Positions 24,411 through 36,829 of a stretch of 64,000 nucleotides of DNA are shown here, one piece after another. The translations under genes and the position numbers were made by a program. The notes below the pieces were generated by a model that saw only the letters and a list, made by a program, of their open reading frames with translations, was not told where the DNA came from and did not search any database. Source of the DNA: Eledone cirrhosa (taxonomy: Eukaryota); NCBI GenBank assembly GCA_964016885.1, contig OZ024741.1, positions 76,074,001 through 76,138,000 on the forward strand, written 5' to 3'. The first letter of the stretch is position 1. Every line of letters starts with the position of its first letter.

Positions 24411-24453
24411 ACGTTGCTGACGATAGCTAATAAGCTTGAAACTAGTACAGCGT
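24411..24453 (+). ncRNA. Type I minimal hammerhead ribozyme, identical to 21166-21208
   Basis: Same 43-nt sequence while the flanks show substitutions. Confidence 0.72.
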
Positions 24454-24932
24454 TCTTTTGTCAGTGTTGAACAAACGAGCAGCGATGGTTGCTGGACACT
24501 ACGGCTTCATACGGGATGTTTGTTTACAAACACACCGAGCATTATAATAAATGTTCGGTGAATCCATACGTACATATATATATGTGTGCATGTATGTATA
24601 TATATATACATACTACTGTACGTCTGTATACATATATGTATGTACGTGTACATACTTATATTTAAGTAACAGCCGAACTAAGAGTGGGAAATGAAATTTC
24701 GTTTCATTTTTTTCCGTTTATATATATATATATATACGATATTAATAAATGGAAACTAAATTTATAAAACCATATTTATTTCATTATACATATTTCAGGG
24801 ATACCAAATTAAATTATGGTATGCCTTCATCAGACAAAATACAATATATAACAGTTTTACAAATAAGCTTTGGCGTACCCTTTTAAAATGCAACCATTAT
24901 TTTTGGAAGCCATCTGGATAGTGAATTGTTTA

Positions 24933-25105
24933 TTCGGTAGAGGGTCGGACGCCATGCTTTCCAGCATAGTTACGTCCCTTTACGATCTGAGTTCAAATCC
25001 CGCCGAGGTTGACTTTGCCTTTCATCCTTACGGGGTCGATAAAATAAAGTACCAGTAATGCACTGGATAATTGCTGGCCTTGTGCCTAAAGTAGAAACAA
25101 TTATT
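24933..25105 (+). mobile_element. tRNA-SINE copy lacking its 5' end
   Basis: Matches the family consensus from TCGGTAGAGGGTCGG. Confidence 0.88.
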
Positions 25106-26933
25106 TTAATAAGTCTTAGTGTTAAGGACAATTAGAAAAAGACGGAGAGAAAGAAAAAAGACGTTGAGAGAGAAAAGGAAAAAGAAAAAGAAAAAACGTG
25201 GAGAAATATCGGAGAGAGAGAAATGCATGGAGAAAAAAGAGAGAGATAAATAAATAAAGACAGGAGGAAAGAAAGAAAAAAGAAAAAAGGAAGAAATAAG
25301 AAAAACAGAGGAAAGCAACAGAGAGATATCAAGTCATCAGACAGATAGAAATACTCAAGAGAGAGAAATAATATATAGATAGAGGGGGAGATATACGTAA
25401 GATAAATTTCTATACTAAATATAAGGATATCTGTAGAATCCTTGGCTTTTTTAAATTTTTTAAATTTTTAAATTTTTAAATTTTTTAAACTTTTTAAATT
25501 TTTAAATTTTTTAATTATATTGATATAATATTTATTTAACTTTTATTTTTAATTTTTATTTTTATTTTTATTTTTATTTTTATTTTTATTTTTATTTTTA
25601 TTTTTATTTTTATTTATTTTTATTAGGTTTGTTTTGATTCTGATAGCTTCTCATAATTTTCATAATCTTCAATATCTTGATTAAAATATACGTAAGATAA
25701 ATTTCTATACTAAATATATGAAACATATTATTTTAACTTAAGATACTCTATAGTGTTTTAAAGATATTTAATGTTTAGAATTCGTTTGTCCTTTAGACTA
25801 TACTGATATAATTGTATTTCCAAAATATAATCCTTTGGTATTTTAAATTTAAATTTAAATTTTTTATTTTTAATTCATATTGTTATAATTATATTTCCAA
25901 GGTATAATCCTTTAGTAATATATTGATATTTGATTATCTCTATACAAATGTGTATGTGTGTATTAACATGCATATAAAAGTGTTATATGTTTTTTTATGA
26001 TTGTATATCTATCTGTATGTGTACATGAGCGATGCAGGTCTAACAATTGGTGAAGACGCACGCAAATATTTATTTATACATATGTATGTGTATATATATA
26101 TATGTATATATAAGTGTGAGGGTGAGAGTTATGTGTGTGCATGCCTACCCACGCAATTTTGATTGCAGATATGCATAATTTTAACAGAATGTTAAATGCA
26201 TGAATGGTAATCGTATATATGAAGGCATGAATGTTAATCGTATATATTTATGTATATATACTGTGAACTTTTTATAACACAAGGAATGTATAGAAGTGAT
26301 TAAGAGAAATCATTTGCGTTTTGTATGTCTATATTATAGACCTGAGTAGATATAATTTCTATTTTCACGACGTGCGTATATATATATATGTATATATTTG
26401 TCTATCTTTGCCGTAAGACAGTGGTTTCTCTAGCAATGTGTACATTTTGGATGCTAAACTCAAATTTTAGTATATTGATCTCAATTGTTAAACTAAACAT
26501 ATAATCATTATTAAACAATGTTTAATTTCTCATATTATATATTTATGTCCCATTCATGAATATTAATATTTATATTTTTATTATTCATTTCATATAAATT
26601 GTTAACTCAACTTAATATGACATGACCTAAAGTTTTCATTATCTCCCACTCTCTCTATATATTATTTCTCTCTCTTGAGTCTTTCTATCTGTCTGATGAC
26701 TTGATATCTCTCTGTTGCTTTCCTCTGTTTTTCTTATTTCTTCCTTTTTTCTTTTTTCTTTCTTTCCTCCTGTCTTTATTTATTTATCTCTCTCTTTTTT
26801 CTCCATGCATTTCTCTCTCTCCGATATTTCTCCACGTTTTTTCTTTTTCTTTTTCCTTTTCTCTCTCTCCGTCTTTTTTCTTTCTCTCCGTCTTTTTCTA
26901 ATTGTCCTTAACACTAAGACTTATTAAAATAAT

Positions 26934-27120
26934 TGTTTCTACTTTTGGCACAAGGCCAGCAATTACCCAGTGCATTACTGGTACTTTATTTTATCGACCC
27001 CGTAAGGATGAAAGGCAAAGTTAACCTTGGCGGGATTTGAACTCAGAATGGCAAGGGACGTAAATCTATGCGTCAAAGCATGGCGTCCGACCCTCTACCG
27101 ATACTGCCAATTTACCGCCC
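26934..27120 (-). mobile_element. Full tRNA-SINE with a 17-bp TSD (AGACTTATTAAAATAAT)
   Basis: TSD at about 26917-26933 and 27122-27138. Confidence 0.9.
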
Positions 27121-27424
27121 TAGACTTATTAAAATAATATAAACAATTCACTATCCAGATGGCTTTCAAAAATAATGGTTGCATTTTAAAAGGGTACGTC
27201 AAAGCTTATTTGTAAAACTGTTATATATTGTATTTTGTCTGATGAAGGCATAACCATAATTTAATTTGGTATCCCTGAAATATGTATAATGAAATAAATA
27301 TGGTTTTATAAATTTAGTTTCCATTTATTAATATCGTATATCTACTCCAAATACTTGTCGAGTGCTTTATATCAGTTATAAAAATATTTACTTGTTGTAT
27401 CCCAACAATTTTAAATAGAACTTT

Positions 27425-27469
<45 letters not shown>

Positions 27470-28593
27470 TATCAAAACATATTTCCTCTTTAATAAACGT
27501 CATGCATTCCCCTTATCGCCACTGCCTTCAACCTTCCTAGTCGAACCCATGAAATAGCACCCAACCTTTTTTTTTTAAATCGTACACCACTGTCTTCCAG
27601 AAGGACACATTTTTATATAGTGTAATCTTCGATACGCTTATGCCGAACAAAAAGACAGAATTGTCACGGCCGGGATGCTTTTGTTCTTACGCCTTATATA
27701 GTAAGAGTGATGGTGGTAACAATAGCGGCGGTGACATTAATACAACTGTAACTATTTCTTATAAGGTGGTGGTAGTAAACGTTGACAATACTTTGATAGA
27801 GGTAAAGGAGATTAATATATCAATGGTAACACAAACGTGGGAGGAAGGGGGAAATACAGAGAGAAATATGAAGTAAGGGGGGGGGAGAAAAACAGAGTCA
27901 AAATTAAGAAAAGGGGTGTGAAAGAGTAAAGGAAAAAGATAGAAAGAAAGAGAACGGGAGGGGGAGAGATAAAGACAAAAATGTGAGTGAACGAGAGAAT
28001 GAAGTGAAAGAGGGAGTAAAAGAAAGAGAGAGAGAGATAAAGAGAAAGAAAGATTTCATTCGGTCAGGGCTACATACCTGACATTTGTTTTTGTTCGTCA
28101 CTATTACCACTCCTATGAATAATATACCTTAATTCGACTTCTTGTCTGTCTCTAAATTCGTTTACCTGGAGAAGAAAGGACAAATTGCTTAGCTCACCTC
28201 CAATACTTCATCAAGCCACCACCCAGGTAACTAAACTAAACTAATTATTAATTATAATTAATTAACTGACTTAATTAAGACAGTCAACTTCAAATCCATA
28301 CACCTTATTTATTATATTTTTATCTTCCTCTTATTTTGTTTCCTTAATGAAGTCTTTTTGTTAAGTCCTAAGTCACCCACTCCAAATGACGACAGACGAG
28401 GTAACAAGTATTCTACTTTACTAAAGCCTGAGTTAGCCTCATGGGCCACAATATCAGTCTTCATACCCATCATGGGATCCTTTTTGAGGAAATATTTTAC
28501 GGACTTTTATGACGCCAACTGTTTTAGTCGTCTCTTACGACACGCTGAGATATGGCGTACATGTTCTGAACCGGATACACATAACATGATAAT

Positions 28594-28666
28594 TGTTTCT
28601 ACTTTAGGCACAAGGCCAGCAAATACTCAGTGCATTACTGGTACTTTATTTTATCGACCCCGTAAG
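28594..28666 (-). mobile_element. 5'-truncated tRNA-SINE with a 21-bp TSD
   Basis: GGATACACATAACATGATAAT at 28573-28593 and 28667-28687. Confidence 0.88.
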
Positions 28667-29479
28667 GGATACACATAACATGATAATATTGTCTTTTTGT
28701 ATGCCAAGCAATTATTCTGCATGTTCTGTGTCCTTGTGTATTTTCCCTTAAGACAGTAGAATGTGATTTAAATGAAATTTGGCTGCTATTTCTAACGTGT
28801 CAAGATGTTCCTTCCTTCATCATTCGTTGTCATTTTGGTTTCAGAATAATCCTATAGAACTGAGTCGGCAATAGCTGACAGCAAAATGAAACTAAATGGT
28901 ACTTGATCTTTTGCCTAAGTCATTCACGAAGCGCTTCATTGTAATTCCATAATTCAAATTGAAACGACCATTATATAAATTAGGGATAGAGGCTAAGATT
29001 TATTATTTGAGTTTAGAGGCTAAGACTTATGATTTGGATTTAGTGTTAAGGTTAAGGTTTAAGATTAGAGTTAGAATTAGGAGTCAGAGTTAAGTTTAAG
29101 TGAGGTTTATGCAATGTTTTGTTTCAAAATGAAATGTTTGTGAATTTGTTGATGCTTATTTTATGTAAATTTCATCGTGTAAAACAATAAAAATAGGAAA
29201 AAATTAATTTATATAGACACGCAATGTTTCTAAACGCTGTAAATGGTATGAATAAATACTATCATGTTAGCAAAACAATGATGGCGAAATTGATTTCATG
29301 CATGCATGAAAGGAAAACCCTAATATTGTCGGCCATTTTATTAAGTTCTTTTTCTAGGAAACTGCCTGCCCTTCCCAGCCAAAAGAAGGGAGCAGGACCT
29401 CAGTAGTAATAACAAGGATCTTACATAATAAGGATCATACAATTGGTGGGGAGGTCAGGGAATAGAATAGCCTGAAAGT

Positions 29480-29750
29480 AACACTGATAGACTTAGAATC
29501 CCAAGAACAGCTTGTTCAGAGCAGGCCCTTATATTGCACCCTCATCAACAAAGGCGCAAAATCCTTGCATGAGACACACATTCTGTAAAGCCAAGTCAAC
29601 TGGCGCTTCAAATGAAGCCATGGATTACATGTGCTCGACATGTGGCCAGAATATCCATGCCAGAATTGAACTCACCAGTCACCCATAGCTACATGAAGCC
29701 CATTCATATAGCCAAAGTGATATACTTCATTGATTACTGATGGACAAACA
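29480..29750 (+). mobile_element. Old RTE 3' remnant
   Basis: Decayed C2H2 finger YMCSTCGQNIHARIELTSH and an RTE-like terminal hairpin CATTGATTACTGATGGAC. Confidence 0.5.
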
Positions 29751-31679
29751 GCACTTTATTTTATCTGTAAAAAAATATGGATATGCAGAGATATCCTCAA
29801 TAAATCTAAATTATAAAAACTATACAACCTTTCTGTCTGTTTGGTATACACATGCTACAATCTGTCAAAACCGTTCCAATTTTTTCATAGAATTCATGGA
29901 ACACAAATGTAAGACAAAAAAGGTGTGCCAAATGTAAAACATTCTCTGTCAACAGTGTTATTTGTCTGACTCTCCATTTATCTCTGATTACTTATTCCAC
30001 CTGTCAAACAATGGGCTATGTACTAGTTAGTTGATGATGATAATAATTCACTTTTATTTTCTATCACATAAAGTATAAACCTCTTTCACAAAACAATGGT
30101 GGAATAGTTCAATGTAGTGAAACAGCACTCATCCTTCTAAAGTAAAGCTTTGAAATGGACAGTATGTTTTGCATAGAGAGTTTATACCTTTAGGATTTGA
30201 ACCGGCCATATCCATCTAGAATTCTCTCGCCTGTTTTTGTTCAAACCAGCTGTATCTGGCCACTCAACAGATGTTATGGTGTTGTTCTCAAAATAGATAT
30301 CAAAATCTCATAGATTCGATATTATATGAGATAATTATGTGATAAAATACAATAATATATATAGAGTAATGTGAATGCCAAAGGGTTATAGAATGTTTAC
30401 AAAATATGGATATACAGAGATAACAATAAATATTTTTCCCTGTTTAGGAAAGGCATAGCTGATAGAAAACTTCTTTTGAGTTCTACCATATATAGCCAAT
30501 AAAGCCAGTACAAAATGGTAAATAAGTGAAACATCATCTGTTGTGAGGTTTGCTACATATCTATCCTGAAAAACAGGGCATATGAGAGGGGGGGGGGTCC
30601 AGCCAGTACTTTGTTCCAGGGCCCAAGAGCTAAGAAGGCCCCACAGTAACCATGCAACATTCATTTCGAGAAAAATCTTTGCCTACTTCAGGCTCCAAAG
30701 GGGTCTTGTAACACCTTGCAAAATTTTTTTTGGAGGCCCTGCTAGAAGATTGAAAGGCAAAGTTGCCTCCAATATCAGTTGAACTCAAAGCATGAAGGGA
30801 CAAAACTATATACTAGTTATTTATCAGGCATTTACCAGTCCTACAATCCATATCTAAATCTTTGCTCCAGTCCACTCAGCTGGAAAAAACAAGTTGTACC
30901 AGTAATTCACACTCATGCTGAATCTCCCTGAGTACTATGTTAAGGGTACATGTGTCTGTCGAATGATCAGCCACTTGTATGTTAATTCCATGAGCAAACA
31001 TTTCTGTTGTTCGAACAATTGGAATACCCATCATTGGAATCAGTGCAGGTTCAACAGACACAATTTATTTCATAAATTTAAGCTCATTTATTCTTATAAA
31101 AATTAATGGGAGCATTTCAGATCATGTAGGACTCTTCTCAGACTCAGTATATTTGAGGCATAAACTCTCTGATTTAAATATTAACGTTTTAATTACTATA
31201 TTTCTATTGAAAGATATTGTCTATTATTTTCAAATTATTTTGAAAATAATCAAGGCTTTGGAGGGATTTAGCTGGTGTTTGAAGCATAACTTAAAAGTTT
31301 TTATAAAGAATTACGATGGGAAGTTTTTAGATAAATGTAAACATTCTAAAATAAGCAGTTTTGTATTGTAGAACCATAAGCAGTTTCAGGTGGCTGGGTA
31401 CCAAATAGGTTAATTCTATAATAGTTGTTATTAAGCCCTCATTGAACAGACTTATGATTAAATGCTTTCCACATCATCAGAATTGTATCCTCCAGTCACT
31501 GAGTGTTTTGGGTCTTAAATATCCTCATCCAGGTGACCTGACAGAGTTGATCAAGCTTCAGCTTGTGCCCAGGAGACATACATACTACTGACCCCACTGG
31601 TCACAACTTTTCAGTCAGAGCCATCTCAATGCCCACTTTGCTGCTTCCATATTGTTGGCTCTTCCCTTGCTCACTGAGG

Positions 31680-32858
31680 ACAGTGCAAACTTTGTACAGA
31701 GGTACTGTCAGTAAAGTCAGGGTAGGAATGGAGTTTAGTGAGGAATTCCAGATACAAGTAGGTGTACATCAGGGTTCTGTCCTCAGCCCGCTCTTGTTCA
31801 TTATAGTTCTCCAAGCCATAACAGAGGAGTTTAAGACTGGCTGTCCATGGGAACTTCCCTATGCTGACGATCTGGTTCTTATAACAGAATCAGTAGAGGA
31901 GCTAGAGAATAAATTCTGGCTATGGAAACAGCAGTTGGCAGCAAAAGGACTGAGAGTGAACCTAGCTAAGACAAAAGTGTTGATGAGTAGATAAGAGGAC
32001 AAAACTCTGATTAAATCAGGGAAATGGCCATGTTCGATATGCAGAAAAGGAACTGGTATAAATTCTATAAAATGCACACAATGCAGATCCTGGGTACACA
32101 AGAGATGTAGCGGGATAGCAGGCAAACTAACAGGTAGGGAGAAATACGTATGCAGTAGATGTACATGGAAATTAGACAGTAGAAGTCGCATTGATAGACA
32201 GATTTTTCAAATGCAGGTGGGTGCTATAGAAGTGGTGGATAGCTTCCGGTACCTAGGAGATCAGATTAGCATGGGAGGAGGGTGTTCCGAGGCCATAGTA
32301 TCTAGGATAAGGACGGGTTGGAAGAAGTTTAGGGAGCTGCTTCCTCTGCTGACGAATAAGGGTTTCTCCCTGTGTACGAAAGGCCGGTTATATGATGCCT
32401 GTGTGAGGAGCGCGATGTTGCATGGTAGTGAGACATGGGCAGCAACTGCAGAGGATATGCGACGGCTGGAGAGAAATGAGGCAAGCATGCTCCGTTGGAT
32501 GTGCAGTGTCAATGTGCGTGAACGACCCAGCATGAATGTGTTGAGAGAGAAACCGTGTCTGAGAGGGATAGAATGTAGTGTACGGGAGAGGAGACTGAGG
32601 TGGTATGGACATGTGATGCGCATGGAGGATGACCGATGGGTGAAGAAGTGCCAGGAAATGCCAGTTGAAGGAAGACGTGGTAGAGGTAGACCACGAAAAA
32701 CATGGGTGGAGGTGGTGAGAACAGACCTCAGATCGCTGAAGCTCACAGTGGAGATGATGAAGGACCATGACAAGTGGAGAGATGCTGTGCTGAATAAGAC
32801 CCGTCCCACCCTTGCAAGCAGGGAAGAGCAGACGTAAAATGATGATGATGATGATGAT
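31680..32858 (+). mobile_element. 5'-truncated RTE LINE (RT C-half, PHD-like finger, C-terminus), disrupted, with (GAT)n tail
   Basis: GVHQGSVLSPLLF, PYADDLV, FRYLG, RRLRWYGHV, GRPRKTW. Tail GATGATGAT at 32840-32858. Confidence 0.92.
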
Positions 32859-32957
32859 ATATATATAAATCAGGATAGAACCGGTTTGAAACTAGTTAGA
32901 TAATTACTCAACAAAGTACTCGATACTTGGGGTAGTAGAGTATGACTATATATATAT

Positions 32958-33126
32958 AATCAGTTACAACAGTGACATATACAGGTACTCAAGTTTTGTT
33001 GGGTTGTTTATCCCAACTCATTCAGCCTATTATAATAAACAAAACAAAACCAAAATGGCTGAATGAGTTGGGATAAACAACTCAACAAAACTTGAGTACC
33101 TGTATATGTCACTGTTGTAACTGATT
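32958..33126. repeat. Foldback (70-bp arms, 29-bp spacer) with a degenerate hammerhead core
   Basis: 32958-33027 is the reverse complement of 33057-33126 with about one mismatch. Confidence 0.9.
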
Positions 33127-33197
33127 ACACATAACTCTAAACATTTGGATATATATACCAAGTTTGTACTACAATATATGAGAGAAAAACCTTTTGT

Positions 33198-33900
33198 ATT
33201 CAGAGAGCTACTCCCATTACTGACTATAAAAGGTTTTTCTCTCAAAATGAAAGGCAGACTTTATGATGCACATATACGAACAACAATGTTGCATTGCAGC
33301 GAGACCTGGGTACAGTGTGCAGAGGACCTGCGAAGATTGGAAAGAAATGAAGCTTCCATGCTTCGCTGGATGTGCAATAGCAATATACGTAAACGGCAAA
33401 GTATAAATACACTGTGTGAGAAATTAGGCATAAGAGGAATCAGTTGTTGCATGCAGGAGAGGAGATTGTGTTGGTATGGACATGTGATGCGTATAAAGTA
33501 TGACAGCTGTATAATAAGGTGCAGGGCGCTTAAAGTCGATGGAAACCGTGGTGTGGGCAGGCTTAGGAAGACTTGGGATAAGGTAATAAAAGCTGACCTT
33601 GCACAATTACACCCCTCAAAGGCAATGACTCAGGACTGTGACCTCTGGTGCTATGCAGTTTTACGGAAGACCTACCCTCTATTGTTCTCGAGATGAGGCT
33701 TATACCTGGTAGGCAACACCTTCCTCAACCTGCTATCCTCTCTCATTCTTCTCCCTTAGCGGTAACCATACTTCCCCTACTACCCTGTTCACATTTTCCC
33801 CCCCAAGCCCCTCCACCCTCCCTAGTCCCCACTGTGTTGTGTCAGTGACACAACAAAGGTGCCCAGTCCCCACTGTAAAGGTGGGATCTAGCCATTGGGG
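33198..33900 (+). mobile_element. RTE 3' fragment (ORF end plus partial 3' UTR)
   Basis: FRELLPLL..KGRLYDA..LERNEASMLRWMC..WYGHVMR..RKTW. Confidence 0.85.
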
Positions 33901-33921
33901 TCCGGAAATTTTCATATATAT

Positions 33922-36186
33922 ATCATCATCATCATCATCATCAACGTTTAACGTCCGTGTTCCACGCTTGCATGGGTTTGGACGGGGGTAGTCCCACTTG
34001 AGGCAAGAGTGATTGTCTTGCTCGCATAGGACTGTCTGGCAGGTTTTCTACAGTTGGATGCCCTTCCTAACACCAACCACATTTACAGTGTGGGTCTGGG
34101 AGGTTTTTACCGTGTTGCCTACACGGCCACATTACAGCGTGGACTGTGTGTTTTTTTGTCGTGACACCTACACGATCTCATTTGTTTCGGCCTCGATGGC
34201 GCGGCACCAACATAACTTTACATAGAACGGGGTGGTGTGGATCGGGTGGGGGTGGTGGGACGGGGTGTATTTGTTAGAGATGCCTACTGGCTGGAGTAGG
34301 TTTTACTATATATTTAGGTAAGGCGGGTCTTCTCTGTTACTGAGTACCGCCAAAGGTCTCGGTCCAGTGACATTGTCTTGGAGAGGTGTAAGTGTGTGAT
34401 GTCGGAGTTTATCAGCTCGTCCCAGGTTTTTCTAGGTCTGCCTATTCCGTGACTACCGTCTATCTTTATTGCCCTGCACTTTGTTATACAGCTATCGACT
34501 TTCATGCGCATCACGTGTCCATACCAACGTAGCCTTCTCTCGAGTAAACAACATCTGATCCCTCTTATCTCTAATTTATTCCTTAGTTCGTTTATGCTTT
34601 GCCGTTCACGTATATTACTGTTACACATCCAGCGGAGCATGCAAGCTTCGTTCCTCTCTAGTCTGCGTATATCCTCTGCACACAATGCCCAGGTCTCACT
34701 GCCATGCAGCATTGCTGTTCGTATGCAGGCATCGTACAACCTGCCTTTCATTTTTAGTGAGAACCCTTTAGCAGCTAATAGTGGTATAAGCTCTCTGAAC
34801 TTTTTCCAACCAGTTCTGACTCTAGCTACAGTACTTTCAGAGCACCCTCCCCCACTGCTGATTTTATCGCCCAGGTAACGGAAGCTGTCCACTATTTCTA
34901 TAGAACCCTCTGCGCAATTGAAAGAGCTAGTAGTTTGTGGGCACTTGCTGCTACTTATTGCACCAGAGCACCGGCCACATGTAAAATCTATGTTCTTAGT
35001 TAGCCTACCTGTGATCCCACTACATCTTTTATGCACCCATACTTTGCATTTAGGACATAAAATGGAGTTTCTACCTACGCCTTTCCTACACACCGAGCAC
35101 GACCATTTCCCAGAAGGGACCGCCGCCTTGTTTTCTTTCCTACAAACTAGTACTTTGGTCTTAGCCAGGTTAATTTTAAGTCCTTTTGACTCTAGGCCGT
35201 GCTTCCATGTTTGGAATTTCTTCTCTAGCTCGGCCATTGATTCCGCTATGAGTGTCAGGTCGTCTGCGTATAGGAGTTCCCATGGGCAGCCTGTCTTGAA
35301 CTCCTCTGTTATGGCCTGAAGGGCAATAATAAATAGTAGTGGACTGAGAACAGAGCCCTGATGGACGCCGACTTTTACGCTAAACTCTTCACTATATTCG
35401 TTGTTAATTCTAACCTTGCTGACTGTTTCTTTATACATGGCTTGTATAGCCCTCACAAGCCATTCGTCAACGCCTAGTTTTCTAAGAGCCCACCAGATAA
35501 TGGAGCGGGGGACTCTGTCGAAGGCTTTCTCCAAGTCGACAAAAGCTAAGTAGAGGGGTTTACCTTTAGCTAGGTACTTCTCTTGTAGTTGTCGTACTAT
35601 GAAAAGAGCGTCTGTGGTACTTTTGCCTGACACAAACCCGAACTGCATTTCATCTAGGTCAATTCTCTCTCTGATTAGTTGCGCTATTACTCTTTCCGTG
35701 ACCTTCATGACCTGGTCGATTAATTTAATGCCTCTATAGTTACTCCTATCTAGGGCGTCTCCTTTACCCTTATAACAGTTAACGATGATGCTGCTATGCC
35801 AGTCCTTCGGAACAACCCCGTTCTGTACGACTTGGTTAACTATGCGGGTGACCATGGTGTGTCCCACCGTGCCAGATGCCTTCAGCATCTCAGCAACTAT
35901 TTCCGAAGGCCCAGCCGCCTTACCAGTCTTCATATCCTTGATTGCCTTACTTATTATACTCCCCTCGACTAACACTGCTGGTCCCTCTATTGGGTCGATA
36001 TGGGGGAGACTGCCTTTCTCCCAATTATTCTCCTCATTTAGAAGCCTTTCATAGTGACACTTCCAAGCTACCTTCTTATCAGCGTCGGTGATGGCAAGTG
36101 TGCCATCGTCGTTTAGTACACACTTCTCCCCGACAATATCACGGTTTTCCTTGACGCATTGCCTAGCAATCCTGAACACCTCACGT
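33922..36186 (-). mobile_element. Young 5'-truncated RTE LINE, (GAT)n tail, flanked by (TA)n
   Basis: Uninterrupted 621-aa frame, about 370-bp 3' UTR, tail at 33922-33942, (TA)n at both junctions. Confidence 0.95.
34314..36179 (-). CDS. RTE reverse transcriptase, 5'-truncated (no APE endonuclease), open frame
   Basis: NYRGIKL, QFGF, FVDLEKAFDRV, GVHQGSVLSPLLF, LLYADD, C4HC3 finger, FRYLG, RLRWYGHV, GRPRKTW. Confidence 0.9.
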   Translation of the reverse strand: MFRIARQCVKENRDIVGEKCVLNDDGTLAITDADKKVAWKCHYERLLNEENNWEKGSLPHIDPIEGPAVLVEGSIISKAIKDMKTGKAAGPSEIVAEMLKASGTVGHTMVTRIVNQVVQNGVVPKDWHSSIIVNCYKGKGDALDRSNYRGIKLIDQVMKVTERVIAQLIRERIDLDEMQFGFVSGKSTTDALFIVRQLQEKYLAKGKPLYLAFVDLEKAFDRVPRSIIWWALRKLGVDEWLVRAIQAMYKETVSKVRINNEYSEEFSVKVGVHQGSVLSPLLFIIALQAITEEFKTGCPWELLYADDLTLIAESMAELEKKFQTWKHGLESKGLKINLAKTKVLVCRKENKAAVPSGKWSCSVCRKGVGRNSILCPKCKVWVHKRCSGITGRLTKNIDFTCGRCSGAISSSKCPQTTSSFNCAEGSIEIVDSFRYLGDKISSGGGCSESTVARVRTGWKKFRELIPLLAAKGFSLKMKGRLYDACIRTAMLHGSETWALCAEDIRRLERNEACMLRWMCNSNIRERQSINELRNKLEIRGIRCCLLERRLRWYGHVMRMKVDSCITKCRAIKIDGSHGIGRPRKTWDELINSDITHLHLSKTMSLDRDLWRYSVTEKTRLT

Positions 36187-36829
36187 TATATATATATATA
36201 TATATATATTATAAAAGCCTGTTTTTTACACAAGTCATTTGGGTTATTTGGGGCAGGATGAAAGTGAATGGATGAGACAAGTGATAGAAATGAATGTGGA
36301 AGTAAGTAGAAGGGGAAGACCAACAAAGACATGGTTGAAGATGATGGAGGAGGAAATAAAAGCCAGGGTTGGTGAGGGAAAATTAGGCTCAATGGAGTAA
36401 CTTTTCTGCTACTCTCACAAAGCTAACTATTGCTTTAGCAAAGAAAATGACCTTAAAAGATGCTTGTTGTTGCTCACCCACTCCACTGCTCCTTGTACAC
36501 ACCACTGCATTCTTTTCTACTGTCATGCTCACTATGAATGAACTACTGAACTTGTCATCTGCCTTCACACACACCTTAATAATTTACACCCAAACTGTTC
36601 AATTTAACATGGCAACAGCCTGGGATATAATGCATTTGTTTTATTTTATCAGTTCCATTTAAGATGTCTTTCTTTTTTCCCCTTTGGTATTTATTTCTCA
36701 TACAGTTAGTGTACAGAGATATATCCCTCTATTTATTTCAGCCACACACAAACACATACATACAAACATACACACACATACATGTTATTGGACCACTGTC
36801 AGTACCATTGGTCCCAGTTGTTTGATCAA

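Larger units (their letters stand above)
24737..27338. repeat. Large inverted duplication: arms about 24737-25393 and about 26640-27338, AT-rich spacer of about 1.25 kb
   Basis: Arms share a purine/pyrimidine tract, a SINE and a hammerhead-like segment in opposite orientation. The ORF track shows the same peptides on opposite strands. Confidence 0.92.

Noticed and set aside
25440-25625. Mitochondrial control-region-like AT-rich tract
   Set aside because: Only simple (TTTTTAAA)n and (TTTTTA)n repeats, with no adjacent mitochondrial gene similarity.
32261-36054. ORFs antisense to the RTE RT (for example 32261-32809 and 34504-35319; mirrored at 55197-56012)
   Set aside because: Shadow frames of the LINE coding sequence with no independent motifs.
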